DNA of 64,000 nt from Candidatus Rariloculaceae bacterium (GCA_965205045.1 OZ242032.1:17704-81703), one strand, 5' to 3'; positions 7,048 to 16,015 are shown, counted from the first letter of the stretch. Notes: generated by a model not told the origin, from the sequence alone. Program-made: numbers and translations.

Positions 7048-10000
7048 CTACTGCTTGGTCACGCCGAAGGCACCGATCATCTTGCCGGACGTGCCGTACG
7101 TCGAGTAGAACGTGCCAGTCCCGACCTTCGGTACACCGTCGTCGCCGTTGTTCCGGAGACTTCCGGTCCAATTGCCGTCGGCGGCGGCCTTATTTCCGTC
7201 GATGGTCCAGACCGTTCCATCCGTCGAATCACCGATCCCACCGGTGTCAGCAATGGGGGACCCATTCAACTCGACGGACCAAGAAGGCCGAGATTTGCCG
7301 TCCGCGCCCACGAACTGGTCGATGGTGCCGGTGATGGCGGCAGCGTCGGTATTGTTGGTGAAGTCGGCTTCGAGCGTTGCCCTGGCGGTGAAATGACCGG
7401 CGTCGTTCGTGCCGCCCGTATTACTGCTGAGCGCGTACTTGCCGGCAGCGCCGCCCGTGTAGGTCGCCGTTCCATTCAAGGCATTGAGACCAACGGCAGC
7501 GGCAACGGTGCCCACATCGTCCGTGAATACGCTTGCGGTGAACGTCTGGCCGTTTGCAGACTTGCGGATCCACCAGCCGTAGGACTCATAGTCGGCGTCC
7601 GGTGAACTCATCACCCGGGCGTTCGGGTCGGTGGGCTTGAAGGTCCAAATGGTATCACTGGCTGTAAATGTACTGTCAACCGCCGAAGCCACGCTGCCAA
7701 GCAGGAAGCCATCAGCGGCTACCTGGGAGGCGCATATGGTGTCGCCGGTAGGCGTGCAACTGTAGGTGCCGGACACGCCGTGGTACATGCCGGTAATCAT
7801 CACGGCGACGCTGTTCGCCGGCTTCTTGAAGCTCTTAACGCCAGCAGACTGGTCGAACATCGAACTGGCGACTCGCTCCTGGTTATCCGTATCGGTAGCC
7901 GTTGTGATGGTGAGCGCTCCGTCCGTCAACGAATACTCGAACTCGTTGTTTGCGGCCCCAGCGTGCCCGAACTTCTTCCCCGGGGTCGAGGCTTCGATAT
8001 TCGAGTAGACCATCGCCTCATACATCTCGCCGCCAGCGGGGTCAGCGTACCGCTTGCCTCTCCACCCATGGTTGGCGGGGACCATCGTCTTCTTGTCTTC
8101 CGACAGGGTGACGGCGGTAGCGGGCGCGGTCTCGCCAGTAAGGACTGCCGATACCAAGATGGCGGTACCAGCATCGTTGTAAGCGGCAGCTCGATCATCG
8201 GCGGCGGGGCTGGTAACATCACCAGTAGGCTCACTGATCCCCGCATACAGCTTCGCCGCATCCGCGGCGTTGGCCTCATTCATGGTCTTATCGGCAGCGG
8301 CCATCGCCGTCGTACGGCTCGTCTTGCGGGCGGCAAGCTGACCCTCGAGCGCGGTGGCGGTTCCCCTGTGCGCGTTCTTCACGGCATCCGACAAGCGGGT
8401 TGCATCGTCGATGGCGTCCTCGAGGTCCTCAATAGCCTCCTCAGCGGCCGTGACGACACTCTCTTCCGAGTCGTCCTTCACCTTTGCCACGGCGTCTTGC
8501 GCCGCCTTGATGGCGTCCGTGATGGCCATCATCTGCTGGCTGGTCTCAACCTGCTCCAGCGCAGGATCGACATGCTCTGCGGCCATCTCCCGACTCGACT
8601 CGGCAGCATCGATAGCATCCTGCGAGCCGTCGTTGTCCATCAGAACCATTTTCAGATTGGCGTACGCATCCCGGAGCGCCACGTAGGCATCGTGCTTCTC
8701 CTGGGCGGTCGAGGCGTCCGTCAACGCATCCACCATATCCTGCGCGTCGTCCACCATATCCTGCGCGCCGTTGATGGCATTCTCCCGAGCCTCTGCCAGC
8801 GCATTGGCCTTGCGGGTGATCTCCGCATCCAGCGCATCCGCGGCAATCCTCGCCCGCACGCTGGCCTCGATGGCGTAATTGACCTGCTCGGTCGTGCCGC
8901 CGTTCTCTCTCAGCACGTCGCGGTAAGCGTTCGCCGCGTTTTCGATCTGGCGCTGCGCAACCAGCTTGTCCTCGTCGCTGGCGTCCTCATCCAGATCCAT
9001 CAGCGCCATCTTGGCCGCGTCGAGCACAGCTTTGGCGGTGTTGATGTTTTCCATCCGCTGCATTTCCGCCGCCGCGGTCATCGCCATCTGGCGGCTGTTC
9101 TTGGCGGCAGCGAGAACGGTGGCGTGCGCGTTGACCGCCGAGGTATGCGCTGCCTTCTCCGCATCGGAAAGAGCGTCGGCGGCCGCGATGGCCGTCCTGG
9201 CGGCTGCAATCGCCGTATCCGCAGCCATGACCTGCGCATCAGAGGCGTCATTGTCCACCATGCCGACGGCGTCCATGGCGGTCTGAATCGCCGTCGTGAT
9301 GGCGTTACGCTGGTCAACGACCATCTGGCGCTGGTCGGCCTCTTCCTGCGCGGCGGTGATCGCCGCGTGCAGCTCGTCCGCCGCCATCTTGGCGTCCTCC
9401 TGCATGGCGGTGACATCCGCGATCTGCTCGGCCGTGCCGCCGTGCTCCGTCAGCACCTGGACCAAGTTGGCCGCTGCCATTTCAACGGCGCGCAGGGCGT
9501 CGCGCTTCGCTTCGTCGGTGGCGTCGTCACCCAACGCCGTCAACGCGTCTTCGGCCCCGGAGAGCGCCGTTTCCGCATCGTTGATGGCCATCATCCGGCG
9601 CTCTTCGGCGGCATTGGCCGCGGCGGTGATCTTCACGGTCAGATTGTCTGCCGCGATCTTCGCCGTCTGGGCCTTCAGGGTCGCCGCATCAATGTCGGCG
9701 CTGGAACCGCCGTACATCCGCAGGGCGTCGCGCAAGGCGGTCGCCGCCGCTTCGACCATGCGGTAGGCGTCGCGCATCGCTTCGTCGGTGGCGTCATCAC
9801 CCAGCGCCATCAACGCCGTCTCTTGCTTGGTGAGCGCTTGCCGCGCGGCGTCGATATGCGCCATGCGCTCCGCCTCGACGGCCGCGTCCATCGCCGCCAT
9901 GCGGCTGGCCTTGGCGGTGGCAAGCCGGGACATCAGCACGGTTACCGTTCCGGTGTTGGCGGCCGTCTCGGTTGCCGGCAGGTCGGTGGCAGCGGCGATG

Positions 10001-11925
10001 GCGGCCGTGGCGGCAGCAATCGCAGCGTCAGCGGCGCTGACAACCTCGTCACTGGAATCGTCCATCACCGCGGCAATCGCGGTACTCGCGGCGGCAATCG
10101 CGTCCGCGACGGCCTGACGCTGGTCGGCAAGCATCTGGGCCGCAGCAGCGGCATCGGCCGCTTCGGTGATCATCGCTTGCAGATTGTCCGCCATTGTCAT
10201 GGCGGAATCCCGCTTCGCGGTGGCGGCCGCGATCTGCTCGGCCGTGCCCTCGTTGTTCATCAGCGCCGTGATCAAAGCGGCGGCTGCCTGCTGGATAGCC
10301 CGGTGGGCGTCGCGTTTCGCTTCGTCGGTGGCGTCGTCAGCCAGCGCCATCAACGCCGCTTCGGCCTCGGTGAGGGCCGTCTGCGCCGTGTTGATGGCCG
10401 CCATGCGAGCCGCTTCGGCGGCCGCGGCGCGCGCGGCGATCGTCGCGCGCAGCGTCGCCGCCGCGTTCCTCGCTTCCAGGGCGATCTCGAACGCTGCGTC
10501 CCGCTGCGCATCCGTGCCGCCGTTCATCGCCAGCACGTTGCGCAACTCGGTCGCCGCGTCTGCGATCGCGGCCTGGGCCGCGAGCTTCTGCTCGTCGGTG
10601 GCGTCGTCACCCAACGCCATCAACGCCGCCTGCGCGGTCTCGAGGACCATCTCAGCGGCCTCGATATTCGCCATCCGCTGCGCCTGGGCGGCCGCCTCCA
10701 TCGCCGCCATGCGGCTGGCCTTGGCACTCTCGAGCTGGGCCGTCAGGGCGCTTACCGTTGCGCTGTTGGCGGTCTTCTCCGACGCCGGAACGTCGCTTGC
10801 GGCGGCGATCGCGGTCGTCACTTTCGCAATCTCGACACCGGCGGCAGCAATCTCCTCATCGGTGGAAGCGTTGCTCACGGCGCTGACCGCCATCTGAGCG
10901 GCGGCAATCGCATCCGCGATGGCCTGGCGCTGGTCGGCGAGCATCTGGGCCGCGGCTGCGGCCTCGGCCGCCTCAGTGATCATCGTGTCCAGACCGTCCG
11001 CCGTCGTCTTGGCGGAATCCCGCTGCGCCTCGGCGGCGGCGATCTGCTCGGCCGTGCCCTCGTTCTCCGTCAGCGCCGTAACCAGAGCGTCGGCGGCATG
11101 CTGAACGGCGCGCTGGGCGTCGCGCATCGCTTCGTCGGAGGCGTCTTCGGCCAACTCCGCCAACGCCGCAGCAGCGTCGTCAAGGCCCGTCTGCGCGGTG
11201 TTGATGGCCTCCGTCTGCGCCTCGGTCATGGCGGTGGCCGCATCGTTGATCATCTGCTGCAGCGCCGTCGCCTGGCGCCCCGCCTCCAGGGCGGTCGCGA
11301 ACGCTTCATCCTGCTGCGCATCCGTGCCGCCGTTCATCGCCAGCACGTTGCGCAAGGCGGTCGCCGCCGCTTCGATCCCGCGGTGGGCGTCGCGCTTCGC
11401 TTCGTAGGTGGCGTCGTCAGCCAGGCCCATCAACACCCCTTGGGCGGTGGCAAGGGCCATCTCAGCCTCGTTGATCGCTGCCGTTCGCGCCGCGGCTGCG
11501 GCCTCTTCGGCAGCCTTCTCACGGGCCGCTTCCTCAGCCGCCAGGCGAGCCGCTTCCGCTTCCTGCCGTTGCCGCTCGGCTTCTGCCGCGGCAGCCGCCT
11601 CACGGGCCGCTTCCTCAGCCGCCAGACGGGCCGCTTCCTCAGCCGCCAGGCGGGCAGCCTCTTCAGCCGCTGCCTCTTCGGCCGCTATGCGGGCCGCTTC
11701 TTCAGCCGCCAGGCGGGCAGCCTCTTCAGCCGCAGCCTCTTCGGCCGCCAGTCGGGCCGCTTCCTCAGCCGCCAGACGGGCCGCTTCTTCAGCCGCCGCC
11801 CTGTCCAGGGCCTCCTGGTGCGTCGACGGGCTCACGCCGTCGTCGCCGCCGCAACCGGCCAACACCATCGTGAGAACAAGCGCACCAACCAAAAGCGCCC
11901 ATCTGGATAATGTTTGTCGTGTCAT
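7048..11925 (-). CDS. Giant surface lipoprotein: lipobox, AAEEAARL stalk, four ~275-aa alanine-rich helical super-repeats, C-terminal TbpB-like handle + 8-strand barrel
   Basis: 1625 aa with lipobox VLTMVLAGCGGDDG. Eight DDATDEAKRDA-type modules and four ADQRQ..AKASRMAAM modules. C-terminus ..GTATYTGGAAGKYA..FTARATLEADF..ITGTIDQF..GTFYSTYGTSGKMIGAFGVTKQ. RBS aggaaggag lies 9 nt before the ATG. Confidence 0.85.
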   Translation of the reverse strand: MTRQTLSRWALLVGALVLTMVLAGCGGDDGVSPSTHQEALDRAAAEEAARLAAEEAARLAAEEAAAEEAARLAAEEAARIAAEEAAAEEAARLAAEEAARLAAEEAAREAAAAAEAERQRQEAEAARLAAEEAAREKAAEEAAAAARTAAINEAEMALATAQGVLMGLADDATYEAKRDAHRGIEAAATALRNVLAMNGGTDAQQDEAFATALEAGRQATALQQMINDAATAMTEAQTEAINTAQTGLDDAAAALAELAEDASDEAMRDAQRAVQHAADALVTALTENEGTAEQIAAAEAQRDSAKTTADGLDTMITEAAEAAAAAQMLADQRQAIADAIAAAQMAVSAVSNASTDEEIAAAGVEIAKVTTAIAAASDVPASEKTANSATVSALTAQLESAKASRMAAMEAAAQAQRMANIEAAEMVLETAQAALMALGDDATDEQKLAAQAAIADAATELRNVLAMNGGTDAQRDAAFEIALEARNAAATLRATIAARAAAAEAARMAAINTAQTALTEAEAALMALADDATDEAKRDAHRAIQQAAAALITALMNNEGTAEQIAAATAKRDSAMTMADNLQAMITEAADAAAAAQMLADQRQAVADAIAAASTAIAAVMDDSSDEVVSAADAAIAAATAAIAAATDLPATETAANTGTVTVLMSRLATAKASRMAAMDAAVEAERMAHIDAARQALTKQETALMALGDDATDEAMRDAYRMVEAAATALRDALRMYGGSSADIDAATLKAQTAKIAADNLTVKITAAANAAEERRMMAINDAETALSGAEDALTALGDDATDEAKRDALRAVEMAAANLVQVLTEHGGTAEQIADVTAMQEDAKMAADELHAAITAAQEEADQRQMVVDQRNAITTAIQTAMDAVGMVDNDASDAQVMAADTAIAAARTAIAAADALSDAEKAAHTSAVNAHATVLAAAKNSRQMAMTAAAEMQRMENINTAKAVLDAAKMALMDLDEDASDEDKLVAQRQIENAANAYRDVLRENGGTTEQVNYAIEASVRARIAADALDAEITRKANALAEARENAINGAQDMVDDAQDMVDALTDASTAQEKHDAYVALRDAYANLKMVLMDNDGSQDAIDAAESSREMAAEHVDPALEQVETSQQMMAITDAIKAAQDAVAKVKDDSEESVVTAAEEAIEDLEDAIDDATRLSDAVKNAHRGTATALEGQLAARKTSRTTAMAAADKTMNEANAADAAKLYAGISEPTGDVTSPAADDRAAAYNDAGTAILVSAVLTGETAPATAVTLSEDKKTMVPANHGWRGKRYADPAGGEMYEAMVYSNIEASTPGKKFGHAGAANNEFEYSLTDGALTITTATDTDNQERVASSMFDQSAGVKSFKKPANSVAVMITGMYHGVSGTYSCTPTGDTICASQVAADGFLLGSVASAVDSTFTASDTIWTFKPTDPNARVMSSPDADYESYGWWIRKSANGQTFTASVFTDDVGTVAAAVGLNALNGTATYTGGAAGKYALSSNTGGTNDAGHFTARATLEADFTNNTDAAAITGTIDQFVGADGKSRPSWSVELNGSPIADTGGIGDSTDGTVWTIDGNKAAADGNWTGSLRNNGDDGVPKVGTGTFYSTYGTSGKMIGAFGVTKQ

Positions 11926-12217
11926 TCAGAGCACTCCTTCCTGATTCCAAGTTAGGTAGGCAACCCATGCAACGACCACTCTGCGGTTCCATAGCCCCCC
12001 GTTCCAACCATTGAGGGGGTAGGCGCCGTTCCAGCAAGCACCGACCGCCACCGTCCTTTACGTCCTTCGTCCTTCGTCCTTCGACAAGCTCAGGATGAGG
12101 ACTCAGGAAGCTCAGGACTGCGGCGACCGGCTGGTTGGAACCTCGCTGGCCCGGCACCCGGACCTAGCTTGGAACCACCAGAGCGCTCATCGCGATCGTG
12201 ACCAGCAAAGGTCACTG

Positions 12218-12254
12218 TTGACAACGCTACAACAAGGCACTAGATTTTGTCAAC
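12218..12254 (+). promoter_or_regulatory. Putative promoter/operator of the RHH gene (TTGACAAC .. TTGTCAAC)
   Basis: TTGACA 12218-12223, 17-nt spacer, TAGATT 12241-12246. The second box TTGTCAAC is at 12247-12254. The same architecture occurs upstream of the paralog at 16813-16848. Confidence 0.4.
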
Positions 12255-12317
12255 ACACACACGCACAATTTTTGCTTCTACCCATCACACGCATCATGCG
12301 TCGGCAGGAGGCCACAA

Positions 12318-12548
12318 ATGGAACGCCGCACCAGGGGTATGGCCAACCGCACCGGGCGAGTCATGAACTCGGCCATGAACATTTCACTGCCCATCGAGCT
12401 GCACGAGGAGCTGCGGGAAATCGCGTGGGCGAACCGCATGCCGCTGTCGCACCTGTGCCGTGACCTGCTGCAGGAGGGCCTGGAGCGGCGACGGGAGCAG
12501 GAGGACGTCGAGGTGGAAACGTCGGCGTCGCCGACGATGCGGTACTAG
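12318..12548 (+). CDS. Ribbon-helix-helix (CopG/Arc-like) DNA-binding protein
   Basis: 76 aa with core MNISLPIELHEELREIAWANRMPLSHLCRDLLQEGL (strand-helix-helix pattern). GGAGG lies 7 nt before the ATG. Paralog at 16952-17197. Confidence 0.7.
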   Translation: MERRTRGMANRTGRVMNSAMNISLPIELHEELREIAWANRMPLSHLCRDLLQEGLERRREQEDVEVETSASPTMRY

Positions 12549-13010
12549 CGCTTGTGGGCATTTGAACCGTCGTCGTCTTGAAAAAACGTCTTTCCCGCCC
12601 TTCTTCTCGCAAACAGAATTTTTCGGATTTGCCGGCAGCGTATTGCGCCGCAACCGCCCACCGACGTGCAACCCGCATCATTCCTCCCCCGCTTTCGACA
12701 ACCCGCTACGCAACAGGCCAGTGCCGCGCCGCTCACGGCGTTGCCGCCTTGCGCCGGTCGTGACGAGTCCGGCGTCGCCGGGTCGCCACCGCGCCAAGTC
12801 CCTCAAGCAGAGCCTCCAAAGGATGGATGACTTATCACGAAGATCGAAGCTGCTTTTGTTGGCCGTGAGCGAAGCGGCGCCAGGGGCGCCGCGCAAGCGA
12901 AGCGAACGGCCAACAGCGAACAGGAACAGCACGCTGTCGCACCTGTTCCTCCTGTTCGCCCCTGTTCCAGAAAATTTCGTCTAGTATCTACGCAGGTTTC
13001 CGGGCGCAAA

Positions 13011-13098
13011 GTTGCCAGGGTAGACCGGTAAAGTTGTCAGGGTAGACCGGTGAGGTTGTCAGGGTAGACCGATAAAGTTGTCAGGGTAGATCGATCGG
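13011..13098. repeat. Four contiguous 22-bp iterons (putative replication origin)
   Basis: gttgccagggtagaccggtaaa / gttgtcagggtagaccggtgag / gttgtcagggtagaccgataaa / gttgtcagggtagatcgatcgg. They lie immediately 3' of the Rep-like gene. Confidence 0.8.
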
Positions 13099-13106
13099 CG
13101 CAGCAG

Positions 13107-13115
13107 TTTTCCACA
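13107..13115 (+). promoter_or_regulatory. DnaA-box-like site TTTTCCACA
   Basis: Matches the relaxed DnaA box TTWTNCACA and sits 9 bp from the last iteron. The identical 9-mer flanks the other iteron array at 23261 and 23485. Confidence 0.45.
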
Positions 13116-13131
13116 AGGCGGTTCAACCAGC

Positions 13132-14916
13132 TTACGGGACAGGCGGCCCGGCTCTGGGATTCGGTTCCAGGATGCGCCACAGCTTGTCGTCGCGTTCGAT
13201 GACGACGCGGCCGGCGGCTTCCAGGCGCTGAAGCAGCTCGTTGGCCTTGTTGCGTTCGCGGGCGTGGTTTGCCTTGTCGGGCTGCTCCTTGAGGCCGTAA
13301 GCCAGCTGCCGGCGCGCCTCGGGAGGCAGGGCCGGGACCTTGTCGGCTTGCGGGTGGCGCTCCTCCCCTTCCAGTACCGCTTGCGGGTGACGCCAGTCGC
13401 GTTGCGGCGCGTTGCCGGGCTTCCATGACAGCTTGCCGGCCTTCATGAACGGGTTGTCCGGATGGCCGAAGATCAGGTTGCCTTTGGCATCGACCAGGTA
13501 GCCTTGCGCGTCGCGCCGGGCTTTCGGGCGGGTGGCGTAGACGCGGAAGCCGCCGTTGCGCGCCTTGGCGGCGTCCCAGAGGTAGGCCAGCGACAGCCAC
13601 AAGTCGAAGGCCGGGTCGCTAATCCTGCCGTCGGCCACCAGGCCGGGAAAGTCCAGGGACGGCCCGCGGTCGGACAGGTCGGGCACCTCCAACTGGATCA
13701 CCGCGCGGCTGTCCAGGTCATAGGGATTCGGCATGCCGCGAGCAACGACGGGCCGCCAGGTTCGCCCGTCGGGAAGGCGGATTTTCGCCAGGGTGACGGC
13801 ATCGAAGGCGGCCTCCAGCGCCCTCGCATGCTTGTTGGGCCGCCAGGCGTCTTTGGTCCATAGCAGCTCGATCAGATCGCGCAGTGTCGGACGCCACTCG
13901 TAGCGGCCGCCGGGTCGTCTCTGCTCAAGCGGCATGGAGAGCAGCGAATAAATCAGGATTCGCTTGTCGAGCCGTGCCCCGCGTCCGAGCGTCAGGGCAC
14001 CGAAGCCGGCCGCGCCCGCCAGGACAAGGGGCGTCACCGGGGGCAGGTCACTTGTCGCGTCTGTCGTCGGAAGCAGGGCCAACTGCGACGATTCCGGTTT
14101 CTCGACGTACCCCGTCATCGGTAGAAACGACGGGTCATGCAACGGTTCATCGACGTAGATGGCGGAAGGCGCCGCATCGAGAAGGCCCTTGGGCATAATG
14201 CGGGCTTGTTTCGTCTCGGGTCTGAGGGCCTCGGGTCTCTGCTGCCACATGATGACCAGCGGGGTCAACGGATGGATCGGTTGGTCTTCACCGCCGCGCA
14301 GCCAGACAGAATGCACGGTTTCCAGGTTGACCATTGCCACGTTGTCGGGCGCGCCGTCGCCTGTAACCATCTTGTCCACATAGGCCATCAACCGGCGGGG
14401 CGGCGAATCGGGCTCTCCGTTGCCGCTGACGAGCCATGCGGCGCGGCGTCCCCACGTCGCCATGAGAAGCGTGTCGGCTGCCGCGCGCGCGTCACTCGGG
14501 CAGTCGTTGGTGACCCAGGTCGCCAAGGTCTCCATGTCCGGGATCATCTCGGGCGAACAGGTGGGCTGGATAAATCGCGCAACGGCCTCCAGGATTTCCG
14601 GCGCGGTGCAGGCGGTTTCAAGGCTGACGGTCGGGTGCGTGGCCGGGTCCTGCCCGGTCTCCATCGGCACCAGGTGCGCTTTTATCAGCCCTTCAGGCAA
14701 CCCGCCCATCCAGTCGCCTTGTGCCTGCCGGTCGCGGTGCTCATGGTAGTCGGGCGTGCCGCCGGGATAGGTAATGCGACGTATCTCCCAGTGTTTGTAC
14801 CCTGCCTTGTCTGCCTTGTAGGCGGTCACGGTGGGCTGCTCGCCTGCCGGATACGCCGTCTCGGCGGCGTCAACCGCCGAGTCTGCGGCCTCGCTAGAAT
14901 CGGTTGGCTTCATCAT
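13132..14916 (-). CDS. Putative replication initiator (large Rep-like protein); function inferred from adjacent iterons
   Basis: 594 aa from ATGATG 14916 (MMKPTDSSEAAD..). The longer track ORF start at 15054 runs through a repeat. The C-terminal half ..RYEWRPTLRDLIELLW..ALEAAFDAVTLAKIRLPDGRTWRPV.. looks winged-helix Rep-like to me. This was not verified by search. Confidence 0.55.
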   Translation of the reverse strand: MMKPTDSSEAADSAVDAAETAYPAGEQPTVTAYKADKAGYKHWEIRRITYPGGTPDYHEHRDRQAQGDWMGGLPEGLIKAHLVPMETGQDPATHPTVSLETACTAPEILEAVARFIQPTCSPEMIPDMETLATWVTNDCPSDARAAADTLLMATWGRRAAWLVSGNGEPDSPPRRLMAYVDKMVTGDGAPDNVAMVNLETVHSVWLRGGEDQPIHPLTPLVIMWQQRPEALRPETKQARIMPKGLLDAAPSAIYVDEPLHDPSFLPMTGYVEKPESSQLALLPTTDATSDLPPVTPLVLAGAAGFGALTLGRGARLDKRILIYSLLSMPLEQRRPGGRYEWRPTLRDLIELLWTKDAWRPNKHARALEAAFDAVTLAKIRLPDGRTWRPVVARGMPNPYDLDSRAVIQLEVPDLSDRGPSLDFPGLVADGRISDPAFDLWLSLAYLWDAAKARNGGFRVYATRPKARRDAQGYLVDAKGNLIFGHPDNPFMKAGKLSWKPGNAPQRDWRHPQAVLEGEERHPQADKVPALPPEARRQLAYGLKEQPDKANHARERNKANELLQRLEAAGRVVIERDDKLWRILEPNPRAGPPVP

Positions 14917-14983
14917 TTCACGTGTCCTGTCCAACGTTCGGGTACACGACGTCCGCTCGCAAAGCGCTGGCTGCGAAGCGCAA

Positions 14984-15027
14984 GGCGAGCAACGGGGCGC
15001 CGGTGGAAGTGACCATGAACCAGGGGC
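14984..15027. repeat. 44-bp direct repeat, copy 1
   Basis: ggcgagcaacggggcgccggtggaagtgaccatgaaccaggggc is identical to 15856-15899. Confidence 0.85.
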
Positions 15028-15066
15028 ACTGACATCCCGGCGCTGCCAAAACATATCGGCAGCGTA

Positions 15067-15240
15067 CTACGCCATGTCGCGGCAGCGGTGCAGGAACGCC
15101 CTGAGCACGGCGGCCTTGCCCGCATTGAGGTCGTCCAGGTAGACGCGGCAGGCGCGGCGCATCCTTCGACTGTGCTCGGCGGACTTCTTGCGGCGCTTGC
15201 CGTACAGCCTGGCGGCAAAGGAGGTGATAACGACTCGGAA
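15067..15240 (-). pseudogene. Relic of an IS607-family element (3' end of serine recombinase tnpA fused in frame to the first ~30 codons of a tnpB)
   Basis: My translation reads VVITSFAARLYGKRRKKSAEHSRR-MRRACRVYLDDLNAGKAAVLRAFLHRCRDMA*. Compare EIITVFSARLYGARSHKR (38889-39488) and EVMTSLCARLYGRRSARR (19881-20474). Confidence 0.6.
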
Positions 15241-15245
15241 GCTGG

Positions 15246-15437
15246 CTAGAGCGCCAGAATCAGCGGCGAGTAACCGTCAACACACTGGCCAAGGCCCCGA
15301 TGGCAAATGAGGCGGTAGAAAAGTCGATCTCCGTGATGGGCGGGATATTGTGGTTCTATAAGTTCGTCCGGGTCCGGTGATCCAAGGTCGCCCGATTCCC
15401 AACCGTCTGCGCCAGGGGATCCTGCGTTGGTCACCAT
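15246..15437 (-). CDS. Hypothetical 63-aa protein, translationally coupled to the upstream RHH-like gene
   Basis: TAATG stop/start overlap with 15437-15661. No recognisable motif. Confidence 0.3.
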   Translation of the reverse strand: MVTNAGSPGADGWESGDLGSPDPDELIEPQYPAHHGDRLFYRLICHRGLGQCVDGYSPLILAL

Positions 15438-15661
15438 TACTTACCGACGCCCCCTAGACCTGCGATAATGACCGACTCCACCGATCCGTTTTTGTTTCTA
15501 ATGAGCAATTCAGCTCCACCTTCAATCTTTCTGGTAATGCTCTCGGTGATCGCCAATGCGTTGCTCACGGTTGAGGCCTTGTTCCTCAGGTTCAGTCGAG
15601 TGGTGAGAATGTCGGTGTTACGGATGTCCCTATCCGTAAAGTTCATGGTCACCTTCTTCAT
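15437..15661 (-). CDS. Small RHH-like protein (possible antitoxin/repressor) in a low-GC cassette
   Basis: 74 aa MKKVTMNFTDRDIRNTDILTTRLNLRNKASTVSNALAITESI.. (strand-helix-helix pattern). RBS acggagag. Upstream direct repeats CTGTATA x2 and CTGGTAT x2. Visibly lower GC than the flanks. Confidence 0.55.
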   Translation of the reverse strand: MKKVTMNFTDRDIRNTDILTTRLNLRNKASTVSNALAITESITRKIEGGAELLIRNKNGSVESVIIAGLGGVGK

Positions 15662-15855
15662 GGCGAGTCTCTCCGTATCTAATGGCTTATACAGCTCGTA
15701 TACAGTTGAAATCAGTACATTACGACCCTATACCAGATACCAGAAATTTTCACCACTGCGGCACCCCCTCGTTCTTCGACAACCTCAGGAACGATCAGGA
15801 TCAGGCTTCGACAGGCTCAGCCGCCAGAGCCTGGCGGCGGCATGGCGCGGTGCAT

Positions 15856-15899
15856 GGCGAGCAACGGGGCGCCGGTGGAAGTGACCATGAACCAGGGGC
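15856..15899. repeat. 44-bp direct repeat, copy 2
   Basis: Identical to 14984-15027. Confidence 0.85.
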
Positions 15900-16015
15900 G
15901 CTGGAGAAGCCCTCGCATAGTGGTGCGGTACACCCAGGACAACGCGCCGAGCGTTGCACTTTCTTATCTGTGCTGAGTGGCACTCGTACGGTCGAGGCGG
16001 ACGGACAGGTTGCGC

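Noticed and set aside
7780-11910. 1376-aa ORF on the + strand
   Set aside because: It is antisense to the giant lipoprotein gene. Its product is Arg/Gly/His-rich noise with no motifs, and it mirrors the repeat structure of the opposite strand. This is the typical shadow ORF of GC-rich DNA.
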